From: an uncultured Solirubrobacterales bacterium
GTDB lineage: Bacteria; Actinomycetota; Thermoleophilia; Solirubrobacterales; Solirubrobacteraceae
Direction of reading: 5' to 3'
NCBI GenBank assembly: GCA_963811155.1
Contig: CAWEQQ010000011.1
Coordinates: 5,138 to 69,137, forward strand
DNA: 64,000 nucleotides
The notes under the pieces were generated by a model. The model searched no databases and was not told the DNA's origin. It saw only the letters and a program-made list of their open reading frames with translations. Made by a program: the position numbers and the translations under genes. The stretch's first letter is position 1. Each line of letters begins with the position of its first letter. This document shows, one piece after another, positions 12,370 to 25,687 of this stretch.

Positions 12370-13150
12370 ATGCGGGAACTGGAACGGGATTCCACTTCGG
12401 ACGCCCCTGCCTGTAAGCAGCTCGCGGTCGTCGGCCGCGGACGACTCGGCACCACGATCGCCGCCGCGCTGCGCGACGCCGGCTACGAGGTGACCGGCCC
12501 GCTCGGACGCGGCGCGCCGACGCGCGGGGCGCGAGGCCGTGCTGTTGTGCGTGCCCGACGCCGAGATCGCCCATGCCGCGGCCGCGCTCGCTGGCGGCGC
12601 GCTGGTCGGACACTGCTCGGGCGCAACTGGCCTCGATGTGCTTGCGCCCCACGAGGCGTTTTCGCTGCACCCGCTGATGACCGTGACCGAGGACGGCGCC
12701 CACTTCGCCGGCGCTGGTGCCGCGGTCGCGGGCAGCACGCCACGGGCGCTTGCGCTCGCGCGCCGGCTCGCCGGCGCGCTGGGCATGAGCGCCGTGCCGG
12801 TCGCCGAGCAGGACCGCGTCGCGTATCACGCGGCCGCGTCGGTCGCATCGAATTTCCTGATCACGCTCGAGGCGGCCGCCGAGCGGCTCGCGAGCAGCGC
12901 CGGCGTCGAGCGGGCGCTGCTGGTGCCGCTCGTGCGCGCGGCCGTCGAGAACTGGGCCAGGCTCGGCGCGCCGCGGGCGCTCACCGGGCCGGTCGCCCGG
13001 GGAGACGAGGCGACGGTCGCCGCGCAGCGAGCAGCGATCGCGCAGCGCGCCGCCGACCTGCTGCCGCTGTTCGATGCGATGGTGCACGCCACCCAGGCGC
13101 TGGCGCGGACCGGCGCCGAGTGGGGCAACGCCGGGCAGACGCTCGCGTGA
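12370..13150 (+). CDS. Rossmann-like + DUF2520 protein (PanG-type ketopantoate reductase candidate), frameshifted near 12535
   Basis: VVGRGRLG, LCVPD, HCSGA, LHPLMT, YHAAASVASNF, LTGPVARGD; first gene of the pan operon. Confidence 0.8.
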
Positions 13151-13160
13151 GGGCGCCGGC

Positions 13161-14063
13161 GTGAGGACGCTGAGAACCGTGGCCGAGGTGCGAGCGGCGC
13201 TCGCCATCCCACGCCGCGCGGGACGCTCGATCGGCCTGGTGCCGACGATGGGCGCGCTGCACGAGGGCCACCTCTCGCTGATGCGCGGGGCCCGTGCGGA
13301 GTGCGATGAGGTGGTCGTCTCGCTGTTCGTCAACCCGGCCCAGTTCAACGAGCCGTCAGACCTCGAAGGCTACCCGCGCGATCAGGCGGCCGACACGGCG
13401 CTCGCCGCCGGGATCGGAGTCGACTTCCTGTTCGCGCCGGCGCCCGAGGAGATCTACCCCCCTGGCTTCGCAACCACGGTCTCGGTCGCGGGCATCACCG
13501 AGACGTTCGAGGGCGCTCATCGCGGGCGCGCGCACTTCGACGGCGTGACGACCGTCGTTGCGAAGCTGCTGAACATCGTCGGGCCCGATGTCGCCTACTT
13601 CGGCCAGAAGGACGCGCAGCAGGCAGCCGTGATCCGGCGGCTGGCGCGGGATCTGGACATTCCCGTCCGGATCGATACGTGCCCGACCGTGCGCGATCCG
13701 GACGGGCTTGCGCTGTCGAGCCGCAACGCCCGTCTGTCCGCCGGCGAGCGAGCCCGCGCCACGGCTCTGCACCGCGCGCTGACCGCGATTCAGCGGGCCG
13801 TTGAGTCGGGCGAGCGCGACCCCGCTGTCGCCCGCGTGATCGGCCGCGCCGAGCTCGCCCGCGCGCAGCTCGAACCCGAGTACCTGGAGCTGGTGTCCGC
13901 TGACACGTTCACGCCCGTACGGCGCATCGAAGGCAGCGTGCTGGCCGTCGTCGCGGCGCGGGTGGGCGCCACTCGTCTGATTGACAACCAACCGCTCTCG
14001 ACCGCGCTTGCGGCGGGAAGCACCAACAGAGGGAGAGACCGGCATGCAGCGCACGATGCTTAA
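13161..14063 (+). CDS. panC: Pantoate--beta-alanine ligase
   Basis: [40 protein letters not shown]. Confidence 0.95.
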   Translation: MRTLRTVAEVRAALAIPRRAGRSIGLVPTMGALHEGHLSLMRGARAECDEVVVSLFVNPAQFNEPSDLEGYPRDQAADTALAAGIGVDFLFAPAPEEIYPPGFATTVSVAGITETFEGAHRGRAHFDGVTTVVAKLLNIVGPDVAYFGQKDAQQAAVIRRLARDLDIPVRIDTCPTVRDPDGLALSSRNARLSAGERARATALHRALTAIQRAVESGERDPAVARVIGRAELARAQLEPEYLELVSADTFTPVRRIEGSVLAVVAARVGATRLIDNQPLSTALAAGSTNRGRDRHAAHDA

Positions 14064-14439
14064 GTCGAAGATCCACCGTGCGACCGTAACCGACTGCGAC
14101 CTGCACTACCTCGGATCGATCACGATCGATCCCGATCTACTCCACGCAGCCGACATCCGGGAGTTCGAGCAGGTCGCCGTCGTCGACGTGGACAACGGCG
14201 CCCGGTTCGAGACGTACACAATCGCCGGCGAACGCGGCTCGGGAGCCATGAAGCTCAACGGCGCCGCGGCGCGGCTCGTGCACCGCGGCGACACGATCAT
14301 CGTGATCTCGTACGCGGCCTACAACGCCGAAGAGCTGGCCGAATACAACCCGCGCGTGGTCCACGTCGATGCGCGCAACTCGATCATGCAAATCAATCAC
14401 GAGGTGGCGACCCCGCTAGAGGCGCCAACCATCGCGTAA
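14044..14439 (+). CDS. panD: Aspartate 1-decarboxylase
   Basis: [33 protein letters not shown]. Confidence 0.95.
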   Translation: MQRTMLKSKIHRATVTDCDLHYLGSITIDPDLLHAADIREFEQVAVVDVDNGARFETYTIAGERGSGAMKLNGAAARLVHRGDTIIVISYAAYNAEELAEYNPRVVHVDARNSIMQINHEVATPLEAPTIA

Positions 14440-14455
14440 AGGAGAGAAACCCAAG

Positions 14456-15352
14456 ATGTCTGCAACCCCACCGACGCCGGTCCCGCAGCGTCTCGACGCC
14501 CCGCTGCCGATGACGCTGCCCCGCATCGCGGAGAAGAAGCGGCTGGCCGAACCGATCGTGATGGTAACCGCATACGACTACCCGTCCGCTCAAGTGGCCG
14601 AGGAGGCCGGTGTCGATCTCGTGCTGGTCGGCGACTCCGGTGCGATGACCGTGTTGGGCTATCCCTCGACCGTTCCGGTGTCGACCGACGAGATGCTGAT
14701 GCTCGCCTCGGCGGTCCGTCGCGGGCTGACCACGCCGCTGCTGGTCGGCGATCTGCCGTTCGGCTCCTACGAGGCATCCGACGAGCTGGCGATCGCCACC
14801 GCGCAGCGATTCGTCAAGGAGGCCGGCTGCGACGCGGTCAAGCTCGAGCGCGGCGGCACGAGCGTCCAGCGGGCGCACGCGATCGTCGAGGCCGGCATCC
14901 CGGTGATGGGCCACGTCGGGCTCACGCCCCAGACCGCAATCGCGCTCGGCGGCTACCGGGCGCAGGGCCGCACGGCGCAGCGCGCCCTGACGGTGGCCGC
15001 GGACGCGCTCGCACTCGAGCAGGCCGGGTGTTTCTCGATCGTATTCGAGGCGATTCCGGCGGCCGTGGCCGAGGTCGTGATGGAGCGCGTGACGATCCCC
15101 GTGATCGGGATCGGAGCGGGACCGGCGACCGACGGCCAGGTGCTCGTATTCCACGACCTGCTGGGAATCTACGACGGCCACGCTCCGAGGTTCGCGAAGC
15201 GCTACGGCGAGATTCGCGCGCAGATGGTCGCGGGCGTCGCCGAGTATGCCGCCGAAGTTCGCGCCCGCAGGTTCCCCGGACCAGAGCACACGTACTCGAT
15301 CGACGCCGACGAGCTCGAGCGCTTCCGGGAGGGCCTGCGGCAGACCACTTGA
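14456..15352 (+). CDS. panB: 3-methyl-2-oxobutanoate hydroxymethyltransferase
   Basis: MVTAYD, LVGDS, DLPFGSY, GHVGLTPQ, IGIGAG..DGQVLV. Confidence 0.95.
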   Translation: MSATPPTPVPQRLDAPLPMTLPRIAEKKRLAEPIVMVTAYDYPSAQVAEEAGVDLVLVGDSGAMTVLGYPSTVPVSTDEMLMLASAVRRGLTTPLLVGDLPFGSYEASDELAIATAQRFVKEAGCDAVKLERGGTSVQRAHAIVEAGIPVMGHVGLTPQTAIALGGYRAQGRTAQRALTVAADALALEQAGCFSIVFEAIPAAVAEVVMERVTIPVIGIGAGPATDGQVLVFHDLLGIYDGHAPRFAKRYGEIRAQMVAGVAEYAAEVRARRFPGPEHTYSIDADELERFREGLRQTT

Positions 15353-15391
15353 CCGCGGCAGAGCGCGCCCGGGCGACTACTATCCGAGGCG

Positions 15392-16024
15392 ATGCCGCGC
15401 CTCGGGCAAGTGTTCGCGCCAAGGGACCGGGTCTACTTCGAGCTGTTCGAGGAAGCCGGCCACAACATCATGAAGGCCGCCGATCTGCTGGATCGGCTGA
15501 TGTCTGGCTATCCGGACAGCAAGGAGCTCGCGCAGGACATCCTCGTCTGCGAGCACGAGGGCGACCGGATCACCCACGACATCATCCAGCGGCTCAACCA
15601 GACGTTCGTGACGCCGATCGACCGCGAGGACATCCTCGCGCTCGCCTCGGCGCTGGACGACATCGTCGACTACACCGAGGAGGTCGCCGACTATCTCGGC
15701 CTGTACCGAATCGAGGCGCCGATGGATCAGGCGATCGAGCTCGCGCGCGTATTGAAGGCCGCCGCGCGGCAGATCGCCGAGGCGATCCCCCGTCTGCGGG
15801 GGTTCCGCGACATCTCGGTCTACAGGATCGAGATCAACCGGCTCGAGCACGAGGGGGATCGGATCACGCGTGAGGCGGTCGCGTCGCTGTTCGACGGGGG
15901 GATCGATCCGATGGTCGTGATCCGCTGGAAGGACCTGTTCGAGCGTCTCGAAGCGGCGATCGACGCCGCCGAGCACGTGGCGAACATCCTCGAGGGGATC
16001 GTGATCAAGAACTCTCGTAGTTAG
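15392..16024 (+). CDS. DUF47 / PhoU-like phosphate transport accessory protein
   Basis: EHEGDRIT twice, TFVTPIDREDI.LA.LDDIVD, IRWKDLFERLE. Confidence 0.88.
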   Translation: MPRLGQVFAPRDRVYFELFEEAGHNIMKAADLLDRLMSGYPDSKELAQDILVCEHEGDRITHDIIQRLNQTFVTPIDREDILALASALDDIVDYTEEVADYLGLYRIEAPMDQAIELARVLKAAARQIAEAIPRLRGFRDISVYRIEINRLEHEGDRITREAVASLFDGGIDPMVVIRWKDLFERLEAAIDAAEHVANILEGIVIKNSRS

Positions 16025-16240
16025 GGCTCCCGCGAAAATTACTGCCGGCTCCGACGGCGTCTGCTCGGGCTGCGGCCCGCTCGGCATCCGGCCTCGCCGG
16101 ATCGGGCCGCGCCCGAGTCATCCGGCTGCCTGGCGCCACCGGCTCGCCCTCACTTGCCACCAGCAATATCGGGGCGAGCCGGCGGCGCCAGCCACGCCCA
16201 GCCACTCGCCGGATTCCGGCATTAATTTCCGCGGGAGCCC
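16024..16240. mobile_element. 217-bp type A element carrying an extra 65-nt hairpin module
   Basis: Matches 1907-2064 except that 16064-16128 replaces GGCGCG; TTA on both sides (16021-16023, 16241-16243). Confidence 0.85.
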
Positions 16241-16259
16241 TTAGGGGCCTTAGGGGCCC

Positions 16260-16883
16260 TTAGGCCGGCGCAATATGAGAGTCGTCGCCTGCCTGGAGGC
16301 TGTACTCGATTCGGCGCAGGACCCTCGCGGGCACCCCCGCGGCGATCGAGAACGGCGGGATATCGGAGGTCACGACCGAATTGGCGCCGATCACGGATCG
16401 CTCCCCGACCCGCACCCCGCTCGTGATCACGACGTTGGTGCCGCACCAGACGTTGTCGCCCACGTACGTATTGCCCTTGGTGGTGAAGCCCTGCCACGGG
16501 ACCGGCATGACCGGATCGTCGAAGCGGTGCGAAGCATCGGTGACCAAGCAGCCGTTGGCGAGCATGCAATGCGAGCCGATCTCCACTAGCTCGAATGAGG
16601 CGACCATCACGCCGAGGTTGAGGAACGTGCCGGCCCCGAGCCGGATCCGCGCCGAGCCGGGCGCAGTCAGCCACACCCCGGGCTCGAGCAGCGCGTGCGC
16701 GCCGACCTCGAGCCGCCCGTCCCGCAGTGCCTCGAGCACGTTGCCGTGCACGGGCCAGCGAACGAACGCCTCGCGGCGCATGAACTCCCAGTGGATCCGG
16801 GCCCGGTTCCAGGGCAGTGAGTTGCGCTCATACCAGCGCCACTTCTGCGCCCAGAGCCTGATCTGCGCGGGCGTTGCGTCCAT
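16260..16883 (-). CDS. Hexapeptide-repeat (LbH) acyltransferase
   Basis: VGDNVWCG...VGERSVIGANSVVT.DIPPFSIAAGVPAR. Confidence 0.85.
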   Translation of the reverse strand: MDATPAQIRLWAQKWRWYERNSLPWNRARIHWEFMRREAFVRWPVHGNVLEALRDGRLEVGAHALLEPGVWLTAPGSARIRLGAGTFLNLGVMVASFELVEIGSHCMLANGCLVTDASHRFDDPVMPVPWQGFTTKGNTYVGDNVWCGTNVVITSGVRVGERSVIGANSVVTSDIPPFSIAAGVPARVLRRIEYSLQAGDDSHIAPA

Positions 16884-16911
16884 CTCGGCTAGGAGCTCCT
16901 CCCCTGCGCAC

Positions 16912-19810
<2,899 letters not shown>

Positions 19811-19829
19811 TGAGACGAGTCTAGTGGAG

Positions 19830-19843
19830 CGAACAGATGTTCC
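19830..19843. promoter_or_regulatory. LexA SOS box upstream of uvrA
   Basis: CGAACAGATGTTCC matches the Gram-positive GAAC-N4-GTTC consensus and lies just upstream of a TAGACT -10 (19818-19823). Confidence 0.8.
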
Positions 19844-19884
19844 GGTGCGTGGAATGCCGCTCTTTCGGCGGTTCCCGGAGGCCG

Positions 19885-20679
19885 CTACCCCTCGACGCTT
19901 GTGTACACCTCGTCGAGCAGGCTTCCCCGGTCCGCGAGCTGGAAGTTCTCGGCGAGGTAGCGGTCGGTCTCCTCCCGCGGCGTTCCGTTGAGGGCCATGT
20001 TGAGCGCGATCAGCCGCGCGCCCTCGGTGTCGGACGCATCGCCGGCCTCGCCAAGCGAGACGCCCGCCGCGTCGGCGAACGGCTGGTCGGAGGACGCGGG
20101 AGCCTCGAGCGAATCGACCTTCGCCTCTACGGCCTCGGGCTCCGCGAGCGGCTGCGCAGCGGCCAGCTCGTCCGGCATCAGCTCGAATTGCGGCCGGGGC
20201 GTGACCGCTTCGTGCACATCGCTCAGGTTGCCTTCGAGCAGCTGCAGATCGGCGTTGAGACGATTGGCCCCGGACCGCAGCGACTCGATCAGGCCGCCGA
20301 GCTCACCATCCATCGCGTCCAGCCGTTGGAGCATCATGGCGGTGGATTCCGAGACCTTGCCGACGTATTCGCGCGCCTGCGCGGTGGCGTCCTGGCGGGT
20401 CGCCTGCGCCTCGCTGGTGGCCTCGGCCTTGATCTCCCGCGCCTCGTCCTCGGCCTGACGCTGGATGTCCGCGGCGCTGTTCTCGGCGGCCTCAACGATC
20501 GCGCGGACCTGCTCGCTGGCGGCGGATGCGAGCGTGTCGGTGCGCCGGCGCGCAGACCGCTTCAGCTCGTCGACGTCGTCGGCGAGCTGGCTTAGATGGG
20601 CGTCGACCGCGTCTGGGTCATACCCCCGGCGGCCGATGGGGAAGTCCTTCTTCTCGATGCTCTGACGTTCGAGGGCCAC
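19885..20679 (-). CDS. DivIVA-domain coiled-coil protein
   Basis: IEKKDFPIGRRGYDPDAVDAHL N-terminal DivIVA motif followed by a coiled coil. Confidence 0.8.
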   Translation of the reverse strand: MALERQSIEKKDFPIGRRGYDPDAVDAHLSQLADDVDELKRSARRRTDTLASAASEQVRAIVEAAENSAADIQRQAEDEAREIKAEATSEAQATRQDATAQAREYVGKVSESTAMMLQRLDAMDGELGGLIESLRSGANRLNADLQLLEGNLSDVHEAVTPRPQFELMPDELAAAQPLAEPEAVEAKVDSLEAPASSDQPFADAAGVSLGEAGDASDTEGARLIALNMALNGTPREETDRYLAENFQLADRGSLLDEVYTSVEG

Positions 20680-20773
20680 GCGCTACCTCCCTAGCCGGAT
20701 ACTGACAGCGACCGCAGAGTACCGGACCGGGCTGGGGCTCGCGGCGTTCCGGAGCGTAGCCGGTGCTCAGTAA

Positions 20774-20931
20774 GGGCCCGTTCAAGAATTAGTGGCGGGA
20801 TTTGACGAGTGGCTGGGCGTGTCTGGCGCCGCCGGCTCGGCCCGATCATACCGGGAGTATTTGAGGACGAGCCGGTGGCGCCAGGCGCGTCCAGACGCCG
20901 TCAAAACCGCCAATAATTCTTGAGCGGGCCC
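20774..20931. mobile_element. 158-bp miniature inverted-repeat element (type B, diverged relative of A, opposite orientation)
   Basis: TIR GGGCCCGTTCAAGAATTA / TAATTCTTGAGCGGGCCC; colinear with the reverse complement of 1907-2064; flanked by TAA and TTA. Confidence 0.8.
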
Positions 20932-20941
20932 TTAGGTCGAG

Positions 20942-22945
20942 TCATCCGGCGGCGACCGCGAGATCGAGCTCGCGCTTGAGGTCCCGGATCTCATCCCGGA
21001 GCTTGGCCGCGTACTCGAATCGAAGCTCTTCCGCCGCCACGAGCATCTCCTCCTCGAGCTCGACGATCGTCTTCTCGATCTCGGCCGGCGCCATCGCCCC
21101 GGCGCTCCGCTGCCGGCGCCGGCGCAAGCGCGGGACCTTCGAATCGGACTGCAGGAACTCGGCGATGTCGGAGATCCCCTTGACGATCGTCTCGGGCGTG
21201 ATGCCGTGCCGCTCGTTGTACTCGCGCTGGATCGCGCGGCGGCGTCCGGTCTCCTCGATCGCGACCCGCATCGCCGCCGTCTCCTTGTCGGCGTACATCA
21301 GGACCTTGCCCTCGACGTTGCGCGCGGCGCGGCCGATCGTCTGGATCAGCGAGGTCTCGCCGCGCAGGAAGCCCTCCTTGTCGGCGTCCAGGATCGCGAC
21401 CAGCGACACCTCGGGCAGGTCGAGCCCCTCGCGCAGGAGGTTGACACCGACCAGTACGTCGAACTCTCCGAGCCGCAGCTCGCGGATGATCTGGATCCGC
21501 TCGAGCGTGTCGATCTCCGAATGCAGGTAGCGCACCCGGAATCCCATCTCGAGCAGGTAGTCGGTGAGGTCCTCGGCCATCTTCTTGGTCAGCGTGGTCA
21601 CGAGCGTGCGCTCGTCGCGCTGCACCCGGGCGCGGATCTCGTTCATCAGGTCGTCGATCTGGTTGCGCGTCTCGCGGACCTCCACCTCGGGGTCGAGGAT
21701 CCCGGTCGGGCGCACGATCTGCTCGACGATCCGGCTCGCGTGAGCACGCTCGTACTGGCCAGGCGTCGCCGAGACGAGCACCAGCTGGGGGGTGATCGAG
21801 AGGAATTCCTGGAAGGTCTGCGGCCGGTTGTCCAGCGCGCTGGGCAGCCGGAAGCCGTAGTCGACGAGCGTCTGCTTGCGCGACCGGTCGCCCTCGTACA
21901 TCCCGCCGATCTGCGGCACCGTCTGGTGGGATTCGTCGATGAAGCAGACGTAGTCGTCGGGGAAGTAGTCCAGCAGGCAGTACGGCCGGTCGCCCGCGTT
22001 ACGTCCATCCAGGATCCGCGAGTAGTTCTCGATCCCGGAGCAGAAGCCAAGCTCGCGCAGCATCTCCATGTCGTACTGGGTGCGTTGGCGCAACCGGTGG
22101 GACTCGAGCAGCTTGCCCTGCTGCTCGAGCTCGGCGCAGCGCTCGATTGAGCTCCCGGCCGATCTCGGTGACGGCGTCCTCGATCATCCCCTCGCGAACG
22201 TTGTAGTGCGAGGCCGGCCAGATCCCGACGTGCTCGAGATCGTCCTCGATCAGCTCGCCGGTCAGCGGATCGAAGTGCTGCAGGTGCTCGACCTCGTCGC
22301 CGAACAGCACGATCCGAAACGCGGTCTCGGCGTAAGCGGGAAAGATCTCGAGCGTCTCCCCCGGACGCGAAAGGTCCCTCGCGAGAGCGCCGTGTCGTTG
22401 CGCGTGTACTGGATCGAGACGAGCTTGCGCAGCAGCGCGTCGCGGTCGATCATCCCGCCCTTGTTGAGCGTCTGCAGGTTCTCGTCGTAGGTCTCCGGCG
22501 ACCCGAGACCGAAGATGCACGACACGCTGGCGACGATCACGACGTCGCGCCGCGCGAACAGGGCCGCGGTCGCCGAGTGGCGCAGGCGGTCGATCTCCTG
22601 GTTGATCGCCGAGTCCTTCTCGATGTACAGGTCCTTGCTGGGAACGTACGCCTCGGGCTGGTAGTAGTCGTAGTAGGAGACGAAGTACTCGACCGCGTTG
22701 CGCGGGAAGTAGGTCCGAAACTCGTTGCACAGCTGAGCGGCCAGGGTCTTGTTGTGCGCGATCACCAGCGCCGGCTTCTGCACCTGCTCGATCACGCCGG
22801 CCATCGTCATCGTCTTGCCGGTGCCCGTTGCACCCAACAGCGTCAGGAACCGCTCGCCGGCGACGATCCCTTCAGACAGCGACCCGATTGCCGCTGGCTG
22901 GTCGGCGGTCGGGCGAAAGGCGGCATCGAGTTCGAAGCTCGGCAC
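20942..22945 (-). CDS. uvrB: Excinuclease ABC subunit B, two frameshifts (near 22150 and 22360)
   Basis: [51 protein letters not shown]. Confidence 0.95.
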
Positions 22946-22996
22946 GACGTTTGAGCGTAGCGGGCGCGGCGGACGGATCAGCCTCCGCGACTTCCG

Positions 22997-23680
22997 CTAC
23001 CTGTAGCCGAGCTCGGTCGCATAGGTGCGCCGGTACTCCCGCTGGGTCTTGAGGACCCGCTGGACGTAATCCCGAGTCTCCGGGAACGGGATTTCCGCAA
23101 GCGTCAGGCGGTGACCATCCGCGCGCGCCTCCGCCACCCAGCGGTCGACGTTCGACTCGCCGCCGTTGTACGCGGCCAGCGCGAGCATCGTGTCGCCGCG
23201 GTAGTGGTTGAGCAGGAAGCGCAGGTAGTAGCTGCCGTACGCGATGTTGACGGCTGGCGTTGCAAGGTCCGCCGTCGTGAACGCGGTCGCGCCGGAGCGG
23301 TGCGCGAGGAACTCGGCGGTGGCGGGCATGATCTGCATCAGGCCCTGGGCACCGGCGGACGACGGCCGCGAGTCGAACTTGGTCTCGGCATAGATGACCG
23401 CGGCGATCAGCGCCGGATCGAGCCGCTTCTCGGCCGCCTGCTGGCGAATCACGTCCTGGTCGGAGAGCGGCAGCGTCAACTCCTGCACCGCCATCTTGAA
23501 CAGCGGCATCGCGAGCACGATCCCGACCACGGCGAGACCGATCGCGGCGAGCAAGAGGCCCGCTCGCCGCCGGCGGCGGGCGGCGGCGCGCCGGGCCGTG
23601 GACCGTCCAGGGCCGCGCGGGGCGGGCTTGCGGCGGGGCGGCTTGCGGCGGTCTAGCGCCGTGGCAGTGCGCGGGCTCAT
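22997..23680 (-). CDS. Lytic transglycosylase (SLT domain), membrane anchored
   Basis: IAAVIYAETKF, GAQGLMQIMPAT, ALAAYNGG, IPFPETRDYV. Confidence 0.88.
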   Translation of the reverse strand: MSPRTATALDRRKPPRRKPAPRGPGRSTARRAAARRRRRAGLLLAAIGLAVVGIVLAMPLFKMAVQELTLPLSDQDVIRQQAAEKRLDPALIAAVIYAETKFDSRPSSAGAQGLMQIMPATAEFLAHRSGATAFTTADLATPAVNIAYGSYYLRFLLNHYRGDTMLALAAYNGGESNVDRWVAEARADGHRLTLAEIPFPETRDYVQRVLKTQREYRRTYATELGYR

Positions 23681-24264
23681 CTCTGGAGCATTTCAAGAAC
23701 GGCTGACAGCTGGGCCTCGAGTTGGTCGACCGTGCCGTCGTTGACTACTTGGTACGTCGCTCGTTGCGCTTTTTCCTGCTGGGAGAGCTGCCGCGCCGAT
23801 CGCTCCCCGACCGCCTGATGGCCACGAGTGCCCGCGCGCTGCGCCCGCACCGCCTCCTCGGCGACGATTGCGATCGTCGCATCGAAGGCGCTTTCCATCC
23901 CGGACTCGAACAGCAGCGGCACCTCGACGACGGCGGCGCGGGGCGGCGGCGAGGCCGCCTGGACTTGTGCGCGCCAGGCCGCCATGCGTTCCCTCACAAG
24001 CGGCCACAGCAGCCCTTCCAGCCACGAGCGGTCGGCTGGGGCCGCAAACGCGCGTGCCGCGACGGCGGCCCGGTCGATCGCGCCGTCGCGCAACACCGAT
24101 GAGCCTAACCGCGCGACCACCGCGTCGCGCACCTCCCGCGATTCGTACAGCTCGTGCACGACCGCGTCGGTCGACAGGACCGCAGCCCCCTGCCGTGCGA
24201 GCGCCTCAAGCGCGGTGGACTTGCCGGCGCCGATGCCGCCCGTCAACCCAATAAAGGGGACCAC
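23677..24264 (-). CDS. coaE: Dephospho-CoA kinase
   Basis: IGLTGGIGAGKST, VEVPLLFE. Confidence 0.92.
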   Translation of the reverse strand: MVPFIGLTGGIGAGKSTALEALARQGAAVLSTDAVVHELYESREVRDAVVARLGSSVLRDGAIDRAAVAARAFAAPADRSWLEGLLWPLVRERMAAWRAQVQAASPPPRAAVVEVPLLFESGMESAFDATIAIVAEEAVRAQRAGTRGHQAVGERSARQLSQQEKAQRATYQVVNDGTVDQLEAQLSAVLEMLQR

Positions 24265-24275
24265 GCGGACGGCGA

Positions 24276-25637
24276 TCAGCCAAGTTCGTCGGGCGCGTCC
24301 TGCGACCGCGGTGTGTCGGCGATGGCCTCGGAACCAGCCGCGGCGTGCGGCTCCTCGGTCCCTTCCGAGGAAGCGGTCGTGTCGAGCGCCAAGCCGGTCT
24401 CCTCACCGGCGAACACATCCTCGGACAGTCCGAGCTCGGGCACGTCATCGAGATCCGCGGCGTCGGCCTCGGTCGGCGGGAGGATCGGCCGCACGGGAAG
24501 GACCTGGCCCTCGACGCGCTTGATCGACAGCGACAGCCGGCGGCGCTCGGAGTCGATCTCCAGGATCTTCACGCGCACCGGATCGCCGGGCTGGATGATC
24601 TCGCGGGGGTTCTCGACGTGATGCTGGGCGAGCTCGGAGATGTGGACGAGACCCTCGACGCCGTCGAGGATCTCCACGAACGCGCCGAACGTGACGACTT
24701 TGGTGACCGTGCCCTCGAGCTCGTCGCCAACGTTGTACGTGTCGACCACCCGCTGCCAGGGATCCTCCTGCGTCTGCTTGAGCCCGAGCGAGATCCGCTG
24801 GCGCTGGCGGTCGATGTCGAGTACCTTGACGGTGACCTTGTCGCCGATCGAGAGGATCTCGGAGGGGTGGTTGACGTGCGACCAGGACAGCTCCGAGATG
24901 TGAATCAGGCCGTCGATCCCGTCGAGGTCGACGAACGCGCCGAAGTCGACGATGTTCGAGATCGTGCCCTCCACCACCTGTCCGGGCTGGAGGCGGTCGA
25001 GGATTCGCTCGCGATCCTCCTTGCGCTGCTCCTCGAGCACCGCGCGCCGCGAGAGCACGACGTTGTTGCGCGAGCGGTTGAGCTCGATCACCTTGCACTC
25101 GATCGTCTCACCCATGTACTCGTCGAGATTCGGTACGCGCCTGATGTCGACAAGCGAGGCCGGGAGGAACCCCCGGACGCCGAGGTCGATGATCAGCCCG
25201 CCCTTGACGACCTCGATCACCTGACCCTCGACCGGTTCGCCGGACTCGGCCGCCGCCTCGATCCGGCGCCAGGCCTTCTCGAAGCGGGCCCGCTTCTTGG
25301 ACAGGATCAGCCGCCCGTCCTGGTCCTCCTTGGTGAGGACGAGCGCATCGACCTCCTCGCCGAGGTGGACCTCGTCGCCGGGGTCGACCGACTTGCGGAT
25401 CGACAGCTCGCTGGCGGGGATCACCCCCTCGGACTTGTAGCCGATGTCGACCAGCACCTCGTCCGTGTCGATCCGCACGACGTGGCCGCTGACGACATCG
25501 CCCTCCTGGAACGGGTGCAGGGTGGCGTCGTAGTTGGGAACGATTTGGCCGTCGATCTCGAGCAGCAAGCCGTTGGATCCCTCAACGACCTTTGCGTTCG
25601 GGTGATCGGCCAGCGTCAAGGTGGTTGCGCTAGACAT
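24276..25637 (-). CDS. rpsA: 30S ribosomal protein S1
   Basis: DIGYKSEGVIP, GFLPASLVD, DFGAFVDL..DGLIHISELSW; four S1 repeats and an acidic tail. Confidence 0.95.
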   Translation of the reverse strand: MSSATTLTLADHPNAKVVEGSNGLLLEIDGQIVPNYDATLHPFQEGDVVSGHVVRIDTDEVLVDIGYKSEGVIPASELSIRKSVDPGDEVHLGEEVDALVLTKEDQDGRLILSKKRARFEKAWRRIEAAAESGEPVEGQVIEVVKGGLIIDLGVRGFLPASLVDIRRVPNLDEYMGETIECKVIELNRSRNNVVLSRRAVLEEQRKEDRERILDRLQPGQVVEGTISNIVDFGAFVDLDGIDGLIHISELSWSHVNHPSEILSIGDKVTVKVLDIDRQRQRISLGLKQTQEDPWQRVVDTYNVGDELEGTVTKVVTFGAFVEILDGVEGLVHISELAQHHVENPREIIQPGDPVRVKILEIDSERRRLSLSIKRVEGQVLPVRPILPPTEADAADLDDVPELGLSEDVFAGEETGLALDTTASSEGTEEPHAAAGSEAIADTPRSQDAPDELG

Positions 25638-25687
25638 TCGTTGCTCGGAGGATAGCCGCCTTGGGCGCTCCGTATCATCGGCACACG

